A DNA stretch of 59,806 nt, filler included, from Dirinaria sp. TL-2023a (Eukaryota), in NCBI GenBank assembly GCA_051941275.1. It is 2 parts of 2 records of this genome, joined end to end, with 100 filler letters (N's around TTAATTAATTAA, not from the genome) between each part and the next. Parts side by side here need not be neighbours in the genome. Positions count along the whole stretch, not along the records: positions 29,956 to 59,806 come from JAVEBF010000110.1; 1 more part is not named here. One strand, written 5' to 3'. Each line of letters begins with the position of its first letter. The first letter of the stretch is position 1. This document shows positions 39,301 through 50,971 of this stretch, one piece after another. The notes beneath the pieces are model-generated. The model saw only the letters and a list, made by a program, of their open reading frames with translations. It was not told the DNA's origin and made no database searches. Position numbers and translations under genes: made by a program.

Positions 39301-41094
39301 GTCAACTCTTTCTCGAGCTGTAACCAATTGTACTCCGTAGTCCCCTAGTCGACAGTCTCTTGGCATACATTGCGCCAGCCTGGACTTGTGATGTCGTACT
39401 CGATACATATATTGGATACCAGCCGCGGATCTTCCTATTAATGTTGAGTAATCATTGATGCAATATATAATCATTATATAGATAAAGGGGATGCAATCTA
39501 CATGGTGGTCTGGGTCTAGGGGTGCGGGTAGAAGTAAGAGAAGGCCGGGGTTATCCCCTACGTCCGACGCTAAACCTGACCGGGTATGGCCGACGAAGGT
39601 GCCATAAGGTAGGTACCTTAGCAACAGATGGAGAAATAGATAGCACTTGCTGATTGGCAGTCAACCATCAGACGGATTTCGAGTGCTCATAGCCACTTGA
39701 GCCCGATTGAATCACTGTTTTTCATTGTTAAGACTTGGTGTTCAAGACATAGCATTAACCCTGAGTACCTACAAGTATTAAATGCCTCTTTTGTTCGAAT
39801 CTGCAGCAATGAAAGACGCTATCACCGGCGACGAAGAGCTGGAAGGTCATAAATGAGCTCCTTCAGAATACCTCCTACTTCTACTTGCTTGCAGCGCTTC
39901 ACACAATTTCAACGTGATGCGCACCTGTGGCCCCTGAAGCTGTTCGCTGAAACTCTTACCCCGAGGCCTCAATGGCGAATCAGCCCATACGCTTAAGCGC
40001 CACAATGTAATACATTAGGCCATATTGACGATGCCACTCATGGATTCGAAACGTAAATTGGCCGCCTCCATCACTTACAATTTCATAATACACTTCGTAC
40101 CACTGAGTCAACGCCGTCAATGTTGGCCCGGGGAAGCTGGCAAAGGGGGAAGATACAGCCTAAAGACGGCCGTAGCAGCGAGGTACTAGTACACGAGCAT
40201 GATGGAACACAGAATGGCTATCGACTCAGCCGAGCAAAACTTCGAGCTCAAGAATACCTGAAATTTAGATACGAGTGCCGCTATGTTGGATTAATGCTTA
40301 CATTGAAGAGCTTAGACTTTACTCCCCCAATATTCCTTCATAATTGCGAACGATTACGAATGATTTACGACACTGCCATCAGGATACAGTCCGAACAGCC
40401 ACTACTTCTTTCGGCCAGTGATACGAGGGTAACTTATGGAAAGGAGCGGTCTGCAATGGAAAGGTTCACTTTCGCTACCTTGCTTACCTAGGTATGCTCG
40501 CCGATCATCATGTGTCAAGCAACATAGCCTCACTGTCGATCCCAGGCACATTAACTTATATTATGTAGGTATTATCACTTCCCAAGTGTAACCACGCTAT
40601 ACTTGAATGCGGGCATTGAATTGGGTCCGCTCCAACTTGCCGCCCACTTGACTTTCAGGCGCGAGGGGGGCTACCTCATAAGCTCAGTGCCCACCACGGA
40701 ACAGGGGAAGGGTTTCGCTATCTACTTTACCCTGTTGTTTCGCACCCTCTCCTTATCAAATACCTTACCACCTCTCTTACTTTCCAGTGACGAAGGCCAA
40801 TCTCTTCGTCATCACCATTGGGAACAGATCGAAGCTTTTTCATTCTTTGATCCTTTTGATGCCAACCGCCAAAAAACTGTTTTATCTCTTCGCACTCAAT
40901 TGGGGGAGTCGAATTTGAATATGATGATCTCTTCATCATACTCGCACTTGTCAAGGCTTTCTGTTATTCTGTTATCATGTGAAGGTAAACTCAGAGTGAT
41001 AGAGCTGGATTCTCTCTTCGGCATTCTCCTTGATCTTGGTTAGCTGTACGTATTTATTCGCCTGATCTTGGCTGAATTTGTCACGCTCACCTTT

Positions 41095-42019
41095 CGTCTA
41101 GTAGAAAGTCTTGGTTTTGGTCGGCATCTTATTGACCTGGACCAGCCAACGGACCACTTATTGGCAAGGTTGATTCCTTAGCTTTGACTAGATCTCAGGG
41201 GCCTGACTTTAAGAGGCTGCAGTGACTGCCTTGGTAATCTTTCTAGTGGCTACGTACTGCATTAAGCTTTCGGTTTTATGTTTTTACAATCGCATATTCG
41301 CCACTGCTCGTTCTACTAAAATAGTTCGCGCAATTGGTATAACCACTGGGACTTTCTGCATCGCCAATTTTCTGGATACGAGATTCGAGTACGTACCGGT
41401 AGGAGCACAGTTGACAGGAAATCCACGCCATTGTTTCAATCTGGATGCCAAATATACGGCGTTGAGTTTCATCAATGCTGCTTTTGATTGGATGCTCCTA
41501 TTGCTGCCTTTTTCCATGATCTGGAAGTTCCACACGAATAGCAAGAGAAAACTGCAGCTTCTGGGCATGTTTCTGTTAGGCGGTCTGTAAGGGGGTCGCT
41601 TTCTTGCCACCAAGATTTCATGGCTGAAATCAATGGCGCTTACATTGCGAGTATCACACAGTATAGACACAACATGTTCTTGGATCCCCGACCTTAGTAG
41701 CCAATGGGGGTGTTACTTACGCTTGGAACGCTAACGCTTGGCAGATCAAGGTACAAGAACCGCTATATAGACTACTGTGGATACTAGTCTCTCCATAGTG
41801 AGCGCATCTCTTCTAACTCTGCGGCCATTGATAGAGCGGTTGATTCACGGCAAGATATACAAAAGTTCATCCTATCTCATATATCAGTCTTCGAAGATCA
41901 AGATCGCAGGAGATCTCTTCTCATCGACTGAGCTCCATGTTCTCGATACTGAGACGAAGACGATTCGCTGTTTACACAGCTACGATCAGATAACGCTTCG
42001 ACGAATACGGAGACTATGA
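41095..42019 (+). pseudogene. PTH11-like / fungal rhodopsin-domain integral membrane protein relic
   Basis: LGFGRHL, IKLSVLCFYNRIF, DWMLLLLPFSMIWK...KLQLLGMFLLGG, then AI*TTVDTSLSIVSASLLTLRPL with TAG (41768) at the conserved Trp position. Confidence 0.75.
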
Positions 42020-42228
42020 GCATCAAGTACCCCCCAAGCGTAGTATGAAGATCGGCTTGCCATACATAGCGGTTGGTCGATGCTTGTCCAAATGACGTCT
42101 CAGAGCCGCACTCTTTTGTGTGTCTTGTCATGGCACATGGAAGATTCGATCTATATGTGGTTGACTGACGCTTGGCCCCAAAGGCTTTCCGTTCGATGCA
42201 GACATTACTTCCAGACTATAGAAAGCTA

Positions 42229-43204
42229 TTAGATGAACTCCTCAACCTTCTCGTCACACCATGCTCGGAAGTCAGCAGCGCGCCCGTTTCCTCCTTCCTC
42301 GGTGGTTTTCAGGCAAGCCAACAGGTCGTTACGCGGAGCTGTATGCCACCTTCCCCATGGTATCACGTAGTCACCATTATGAGCAGCAGTGACTTCCGGC
42401 GAGAGACCCGCCCAAAGAGCCGTGTAGGCGCCAAACCTCGCTTCGTACAGCAGAGGATTCAGGAACCAAACCAACCATTTGTTGCTATATCTCCATATAC
42501 CGGTCTTAAGGTTCCCAGGGTTCTGCGCAATGCTTACAATGCCGGCAGAGGCATTCTCGTGACCGAACTCGGCAGCGAGGAACCAATTGCCGACCTTTGT
42601 CATAGCATACTTCTTTTCTTGATTTGTGGCTTCTGGTGATGATAGCTCCGCGATGTCCAAACCGTTTTTCGGCGCCAGTGTATCAACGAGCATAGAACTT
42701 GCCCACACCACACGGACACAATCTGCAGCGGCGGATTTCGCACCGGCATGCAATTCGGGTAGGAGAAGCTTTGTGAAGAGCCAAAGGGCCCAGACAGTTG
42801 GTGGCGACCTGCAACTCGTGGCCCTGCTTCGATTTGGTGCCTGCCGGTGGCACTCCCACGCCGGCGTTGTTCCAGAGGACATCGAGCTTCTTTTCCTGCG
42901 ATCGGAATGCGTGAACGGAGGCTTGGATACCCGCTAAGTCCTCCAAATCAAGGTAGAGGAACTTCAGTTGGCCTTGAGAGCTGGGGCGAGATAACTTGAT
43001 CGTCTCGACGGCCTTCTGTGCATTGCTCTCCGATCGACCGGCAATGTAGACTTTCCCACCTGCTTCATACAGAATGGAAGACAGTTCATAGCCAACCCCA
43101 GAAGCGCCTCCAGTGACCAGGAAGACCTTACCTTTCTGGCTTGGAAGATTTGTCTCTGTAAGGCTGGGTCGGGGCGGAAAAAACTGAGTCCAGTAGGCAC
43201 CCAT
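42229..43204 (-). pseudogene. Short-chain dehydrogenase/reductase (retinol-DH/WWOX-like), interrupted by one frameshift
   Basis: VTGGASGVG, LWNNAG, RVVWASS, YAMTK (YxxxK), NPGNLKT. An extra T at ~42783-42785 shifts TNCLGP/WLFTKLLLP; real lesion or sequencing error. Confidence 0.85.
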
Positions 43205-43724
43205 ATCGAATCGGTCTCTATAGGAGGGCCGGAGTGTAGCACTCTGGGAACCAACACAGCTCTACCTTATATAACGGCAGCAGCTTTGGGAGAGGACGAG
43301 GGTGCTCGACAAAATCACGCTAATTTTGGTCAAATGGAAGGGCAAACCGTGCAAGTGAGTTTTGAGACCATTGAAGTACTGAGACACGGGACTTGGGCAA
43401 TAATCCCTCTGCGTGACTCAGAGTGCAGATCGATGGAACCTCAACTTAAATAAACTGCAACTGCGATTTCAGAGGATGCAGACATCGAACTGATATCACT
43501 CCATAACGCTTGAGCTACTGAGGCACTTGACGTGCTAATCACGAAATATCGAGCTGGGTTGTTCTTCGAAGGGCTGTGCGCTACGGCGGTACCTTAATGC
43601 TGCACGCCAATCCTCCGCCCCGCATACTGCGCTTACTGTACTCTTACTGTATGTAAGAATCCCTCATGCCATTAACGTGGACCACTCCCGGAGGATTTTC
43701 TGTACACACTAAACTATTCGCGGC

Positions 43725-44038
43725 TTAAGTCGGTCGCTGACCAGCTCCCTGATCTGCGTCAGCCCCCATATCAGGAAGTAAGGCAACCGTCGCTCGTGTC
43801 CGCATGCTGCAGCTAGACGTAAGGCAACGGCACCAAAATTGTCGTAGGTCTCGCAGCATGGTCGACCCTCCAGCAGCGAGTGCACCATGGTTTGGTCGCC
43901 CTGTTCCTCTGCCAAATGGAGAGCTGTTTGACCCTCATCATTTGCAATATTTGGACTAGCTCCTTCACGAGCGATCAGCAGCTGCGCTACATCCGTGCGT
44001 CCAAGTCGAACTGCTTGATGCAGTGGAGTATCCCCAAC
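43725..44038 (-). pseudogene. Ankyrin-repeat relic (three repeats)
   Basis: GDTPLHQAVRLGRTDVAQLLIAREGASPNIANDEGQTALHLAEEQGDQTMVHSLLEG...ALRLAAACGHE, frameshift ~43793, then ATVALLPDMGADAD. No in-frame ATG upstream of the first repeat. Confidence 0.8.
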
Positions 44039-45528
44039 ACATGCCTTCCCCCCTTCGAATGGTCTCCATCGGTCCTTCGAATTCCGAGTGCGTCTCTAGC
44101 TCATGCTCAATGTACTCTTGCGTCTTTAAACTTCCTAGATCAAGGAATTCTCCGTGATCTGCGACCAAAGGTAGGCGTCCAGTATCTTGAAAATCCCCCG
44201 GCACAGGATTAAAGGCCACGTGCGAGCTCGCGGACGATAGACCTCCCAGTTAGGGCGACACAAATGTGGAGACCTCGTGTTCTGTGGTGCTTGGATAATA
44301 GCCCCCCAGACTCCAATTAAGGTCATGTGCTGGCTGCTCGACCAGCTGGGACATCACCTTCAGCTCTAGAGTTGTGTTCCTTAATTGGCTGGGTCCCTCT
44401 TGTCGTCTTTGACTTGGACCCCTTCAGAATGTCAGCATGCGAAGTTCGAAGCTAAGCGGCTCCTACATGATCTGACTATATTTGCGCTGTGTCATTCGAT
44501 TTTGAGCCTTTCTCCGACCTGTCGTTTTCTCCGTTCGAGTCCAATCATCGCTGCATAAATATCTCACAGAGCAGTGCTTTCGATACCTCATGAGCTCGTG
44601 TTGCAAAAGTCATTGTATTAAGTTTTGTGTGTTGGCGCCAAATGCGTCTATCTAGCAAGCAAAAAGCTGCCTCAAATCATGCTGCCAACCGCATCTGGAA
44701 ATCTTATGCTTCTATGCTTCTGGGTCAGATATCTGCATAGAAGCAATCATATATCTATCAAATGCGCACCTGAGGAGGCATCGATGGCTTCTATAAGGTG
44801 GCATCATGGCATCGATGGTCTGTATGAGGTGATAGTAACCTTCATGAGGTGACATCGCAAGCATCTAGACACTTCCCCTTTGTCTTGCAAGGCCATGGAT
44901 GGCGGCATTGTGGACGAACAATTGACACACTGCTCGGTCGAAGGTGAATATGCAGCTCATCCGGCTTTCCTAATCGTGTGGCAACTTTGGGAGGCAATGG
45001 AACGTCTTGAATCTTTCGAGGCAAGGCAACCTCTTCAAGCTCATCCTTGATAGGGTGGAGGCCACTTCATGCAAAGCTGAAGGTGCCAAGGTTTAATTTG
45101 GGGTTCTATGTTTCTGCCATCTGCGAAAAGCATCATCGAACACACATACCGTCCAGTGGCTTGTGTTGAGCAGTAGAATTTTGTGAGTGGCCGAGATATA
45201 TCCTCGATGAAAACGAAGTCCCGCTTACGACGGACATACACTCCTGCACGACATACTCAGACCGTGCAGCCTGTGATGGCTTCTTGGTTAGCCTCCACGA
45301 TTGGCCGCATGGATATATCTACCTTTCCAATTCCGACTTTAGCAAGATAGCGCGATATCTTTCATTGACGCCGCACCAAGATCTTCCGTTCTAAATTGAA
45401 TATCATCAAGCCGTTCCTACTAAATAGGAGCTATGGCTATGCAAATTTCAGCAGAGCTTCTCATTCCTTCTGCCTGCTGAAATCTTCAAGTGATTGTCCT
45501 ATACCTTCTCAGTGTTGATCACTTCAAT

Positions 45529-46295
45529 ATGAAGCTTATTTGCTTCGCTATCGCATTTGCCTTGGTTAATATGGTCTTGTCGCTGGCCACTCACTCAAAT
45601 AGCTCATTCTCCTTGTATCGGTGTATATGTTCAGATACTTGTTGGCCAAATCGCAGCGCAGGGCAATCTATGAATATCAGTATTGGTGCAAGACTTGTTG
45701 CGACCGTACTTCTGGGCTCGCGGTGCCATGCATCATCTTATAAAACGGTAGACTGCGCGTTCTTAAGAAATTTGTTGGCCATACCCACAAACTCAGTACA
45801 TTTGCCCATGTGAGAACCAGCCTGTTGGGCAAGCTAAACCCTCTTGCGGCTTCGGATCGCCACCTTTTTTGGCTCCCTACTTTCAAAATCGATCTTGCGA
45901 GCTCTTTACTCCGGAAGGCGCCCCATGCACTATTGGTAATCATGTCGACTTCGCTAATTAATGTGAGCAGTGCCGCAGATATTGCAGCAGGTCTTAAATT
46001 GGCTCAAGTGGACAATATCCGCGGAGCCATCGAGAGTACACGCCACGAGTAAGTGCTTGTTTCAAAGAAGTGTTTTCCTGATGCACAGCTTAATAAGTAC
46101 CAAAGTCTGTTAGAAAAGACCATCGGAAAGGGGTGCCCTTGGGATCCAGGTTCATAACCTCAAATCGATGAGACTATGAAAGCAGACATTATGAAGGGCG
46201 CGCTGTGAGTGCCGCCGCAGGCGTGCAAGCGTTTGAGGCATTTTACGGTGCTGAGCAACGAATTCTTACCATCGTCGGTGGTATCTGTCCAACAG
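45529..46295 (+). pseudogene. Secreted FAD-linked oxidoreductase (berberine-bridge/isoamyl-alcohol-oxidase-like) 5' relic
   Basis: Signal peptide, RCICSDTCWP..., GARLVATVLLGSRCH, INVSSAADIAAGLKLAQVDNIR..IESTRHE, AGVQAFEA...IVGGICPT; frames broken and 3' half not recognisable. Confidence 0.78.
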
Positions 46296-46762
46296 CTTGC
46301 GATTGTGACGAACCCCGATAGATATGGCAAGGCTGCTTATGGTCATGTAGAAAATTAAGCACAGAAAAGCCGGATCCAAGCGGACCTAAGTACAAATTAT
46401 ATATGCGCTAAGAAATCCTAGCCTGCTCCAGCGCCACATGCAGCTTTGAAGGATTATGCATGTAGCTTACCACCCGAACCCTCAGGCGGACACTGGAGTA
46501 TCAGGTTTCGGATAGGACTTTCGCTCGGAAGGATCACCATCCTAAACGTTTGTCGCACTTGTGTCTTATTTAAAGCGCTACTATAGTAAGCAGTCGACTT
46601 CATTTGCTTTAATGTCGAACTGAACTGACTGACCTGTAGTCCGCAGACACCGTTCGAATCTCTGAAAACCTCTGGATACATAATTTAAGATCTGCATCTT
46701 CGAATGTTTCTCTGAACTTCATATCTATTAAAATACCCACTGCGCCTCGTACAGAAGTCGTC

Positions 46763-48153
46763 ATGCCAACCCTTGAGGAAACATTTCAAGCTGCTTGTGA
46801 TGCAGAAGTCATACTAGGCGTTGTACTAGTTGCCGAAAACAAATCGGGTATAAGGCTCGATAAGCTGCCAGTCATTCACTGCGACGATGGCTACTGATAT
46901 CGGCCAGGGAGTCTCAATTTTGGCCGGGCGTTCGGGACCCGTTCCTTGAAAGACCCGTCGTCACGTCCACCGATGGCGCTGGATACAGTAATACGCATCG
47001 CCAGCTCTACGAAGCTAGTGACCAGCGTAGCTGCCATGCAATGCGTCGAGCGAGGCTTGCTCAACCTAGATCAGGACGTAGTCGAGGTCTTGCCGGATTT
47101 TCGGCATCTACGGTTGCTGGTGGACTTTGATGCAGATGGCAAGCCAGTGACTGAGAAGGTGACTCAGCCGATTACTTTGAGGTTGGGGGTGCCCATCAAG
47201 ATTTTCTTAAACTGCCGTGGCTACTAATTCATCGATAGACGCATGCTTTCGCATTCTTCGGGCTTCTGTTATGATTCCATGTCACCGCTGCTAACGAAAT
47301 GGCGGGCCTCACGAGGCGAAGATTGCCAGCCGGGAGGACAAAAGATCGACGACAGATTTCTCTATCCGTTGGTGTACGAGCCAGGATCTTCGTGGACGTA
47401 TGGACCCTCGATTGACTGGATTGGGAGAATCGTGGAGCGGGTGAACGGCGGCATGTCGCTCGAGAATTACATGCAGAAGAACATTTGGAAGCCGCTCGAC
47501 ATCACAGACATGACATTCTTTTTGCAGCGGCGACCGGATCTGTTGGCCCGACGAGCAGATCTCAGCGATCGAGTCGGAGACGAGAGTGGCAAGCTCGTGT
47601 ACGCAGACGCTCAGTACTGGCATGAGGATTACGAGGATTGCTTCGGAGGCATGGGCCTCTTCGCGACGCCGGCGGAGTTCATGAAGATCATGCACAGCCT
47701 GGTTTCCGACGATGGAAAGCTGCTGAAACCGGAGACCGTGGAACTGATGTTTCAGCCTCAGTTGACCGGCCGCAGCCGTGACGCTTTGATGAAGTTCTAC
47801 AACGACACCTCCACGAACGAAATGATGGGTACCCTGGCCCCCGTGGGACTGAAGAAAGATCATGCGTTGGGTGGGTTATTATTTATGGAGGACGTTCCCA
47901 ACGAAAAACGGAGACGTAAAGGTACCATGACTTGGAGCGGCTTACCGAACGTGTTCTGGGTAAGATTTTTGAGCTTTCAACCTCTACCTTTTTTCTATCG
48001 CCCAATGGACCATTGACGGATGCTCACTAGTTTATCGATCGGGAAGCAGGACTATGTGCTATGTATGCTTCACAGGTTCGACCGCCAGGCGATAAGAAAT
48101 CATTGGAACTAGCTGCGCTTTTCGAAGAGACGATATATGAGCGGCTGTTGTGA
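46763..48153 (+). CDS. Beta-lactamase/transpeptidase-like serine hydrolase (LovD/EstB-type); exons 46763-46847, 46908-47181, 47239-47959, 48031-48153
   Basis: SxxK motif IASSTKLVTSVAAMQCVERG, ITLRRMLSHSSGFCY, PLVYEPGSSWTYG, WSGLPNVFW|FIDREAGLC; intact frame across three introns. Confidence 0.92.
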
Positions 48154-48999
48154 AGCCTGAACATCCATGTACGAGTACGAGTACAGCGGCTCCCAATGCA
48201 CGACGGAAAAGGGTAAAGACGCGTAAGCATGGAACTCATTCTCAACAAACCTGAGCGAATAGCCGAAGCTTGTGCTTTAGCACTGGCACTAACAATTCCT
48301 GGCGAGTAGCCGTTGCTTGTTTGATCATAAGCTGGAGATGTGGCAAACCGTGCCCTATTTGGAAAATATCTCAAACCGACGTCAGTGCTCTTCGTGATTA
48401 CTGAGCTCGATCAACTCTTGCCCCTCGAAGAACAACTTCGTGGTTTGGAAATGCTTTCTGACCCTCAGAAGTGCCACATATAGCCCGGGAAACGCCATAT
48501 GGATGTTTCTCAGTGGCTTGAATTTTTGACGCTTTGATGCGCTTGCAGATCGATTTCGTACTGGGTGTAGTGAAGTAGTGTAGGGGCGAGCTTGGGTATA
48601 GTGACTCAGCAACGGGAGGAGAAGTTAGTCAATTATGTATGTCGTAATCACGAACCGTCTAGTTTGGTGAGGCCCTAAGATGAAAATTTTGACACGGACG
48701 GTGGAGGACGGGCTGCTACTGGGTTGTTGCTGAAAGTTTCTTTGACCTGACGGATCTTCGGCGTTCTAGTCGCCTTCTTACAGTATTGGGGTTCATTGCA
48801 GTAGCTTTTCGGTTTACAATGGTCCAGGTTTCATTACTTGAGAGACGAGTGTCTGTAGGCAGGCTAATATGTCTCATATTAACCGTCCTACTCAAGCGGA
48901 TGTAAACTCTGATGAATGTTCAACTCGAGGGTTACTCTTGTATTCATCTAGCCAATCAATTGAATTTCCAGGAGAAGCATCAATGAAAGGACATCAGGC

Positions 49000-50682
49000 T
49001 CAACGGAGAGCTTGTAGCATTTCATTCACGCTAGTCAATTTCTCGCGCTCCTTGTGCCGCTTGAACCCTTCAAGCTTTTCCGCAGTATCAATTTGTTGCC
49101 AGCCTTTCCAATTCACCGTTCTCGGTGCACCAACTTTGACTTCGTTCGCCAAGGACTGCCAACCATCGCCTCCCTTCAAGAATGGGGCTTTCGTCTCCCA
49201 ATCCTCGGTGATTGCTTCGGCTGTCAAGAAAGCATCTTCCATGGTGCTTGCAATGACGCCTGTAGGGCCGCGCTTGACCCATCCCGAGCAGTACATGCCA
49301 GGCAGAGTTGTTACACCTTCATCAGTCTGAGTTATGATACGTCCAATACCATCATTTGGAATAATGCCACGTTGACTATCGAAATTGACACCAATCTCCA
49401 GCATGCCTGGTATTGCCTCAGCTCTGTAGCCAATACTCCGAAAGGCTAGGCAGGCAGGTAGCAGAGTATGTTCTTCGGTAGCAGAAACTCTTGCTGATCG
49501 ATCAAAAGGGTCTCCCTCGCTAATCTGATTCTTGACAAAGGTCATCGAGCCTATTCGGTCTGCAGAAGGGTGAACAGGGTTGAAGGAGACAGGGGAAAGA
49601 AAGAAATCAAGCGACCACGTCCTCAAAGCTTCAATATGAGATACAGTGGAGCCTTTTGATAGGAGTTCCATCAATCGCATGGGAGTCCTAGGTAGTGCTT
49701 TGAGGTTGGGAGGGAATAGATGTGGACTGATCTGCTCGAAGCTGACCGAAGGGAGCTTCATCAGCTCGCGGACTTCTTTGATAGTGAATGATGCCTAAAT
49801 TATCATGAGTCTCATAGATAATCCGAGCAGCTTGGATGTATTACAAACCTGCATAGGGCCTCTTCGACCGACCACCCGTACCCTTTTGATCCTACTTTTT
49901 GCGAAAGTTGCAATGGCCTGCTCCGTCATATCTGTCTTTTGAAGACGGTCAATGTCACATAGCAGTGTCCGCGCAATATCCAGCGCAACATTTCCTTGGC
50001 CAATAATGACTGCCTCTTCACCAGCCTCGAGATTTGGCGCCAAGTCCGCATACTCAGGCAGACCATTGTACCAGCCCACAAAAGCCCGAGCGGAGTATAT
50101 CCCTTTCAAATTGTCTTCACCTGGGATGCCCAGTTTGCGATCTTTCGAGGCACCATATGCGAATACCACGGCATCATAATGGTCACGGAAGGAGGTCAGT
50201 GGCAGGTCGCGGCCAACGTCAATGTTTCCAATGAAGTTGAAATTGGGAGAAGAGGCAACTTCGGAGAATTGATCCTGGCAGTTCTGCGAAATGATCGTGT
50301 TAGTGGGTATTGCACTTCCCCTGACACCAAGCGGCGGCTAAACGTGGATAGCGGGAGACAGAAAGAGAGACTGCCTTACTTTGACATCAGGATGATCGGG
50401 TGCAACACCGAAACGGACAAGCCCAAAGGGCACCGGCAGCTGCTCGTACATATCCACCGATGCATCTTGAATATTTTTCATCACCTTATAGGCCGTGTAG
50501 AAGCCAGCTGGTCCGGACCCGAGAACGGCCATTCTAAAAGGTTTGCGACCTTGGACGACATGATGTGAATGCCGCCGGGTCTCCGCGTGTAAAGCATTTG
50601 CGTTGCAGACTGCACTTGACACTTTCGGGAGAAGCTGCCAGATCTTGGACGGTCTCCTGTGGGCAGCGCGCAAAGATATCAT
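49000..50682 (-). CDS. ARH1: Mitochondrial NADPH:adrenodoxin (ferredoxin) reductase; exons 50682-50380, 50283-49849, 49794-49000
   Basis: Arg-rich presequence, VLGSGPAGFY, PFGLVRFGVAPDHPDVK|NCQ, IIGQGNVALD, VGRRGPMQ|ASFTIKE, GWVKRGPTGVIASTM. Confidence 0.96.
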
Positions 50683-50971
50683 AGGGTTGTCTTCAGTTTG
50701 CGCAAGTCTTGAAAGTTTTCGCGTGATGGCAGACGAGTGACGTCTGGACCGGCGGAACCTCGGGATGGCGACCCAATCGATAGTTGCCATGAGCAACGGA
50801 TTCCTATTTACACACCACCCACGTGAGACTACCTCTAACGCAAGCGACGCTTCCCAAGGTACATGTTTCAGAACCCTCGAATAATAGTATTGTTCAGCAG
50901 TTGCTACCCGAAGTCTTTCATTAAACCACATTCTCATTCTAGGTACTCATAATAAATACACTTAATTGATA

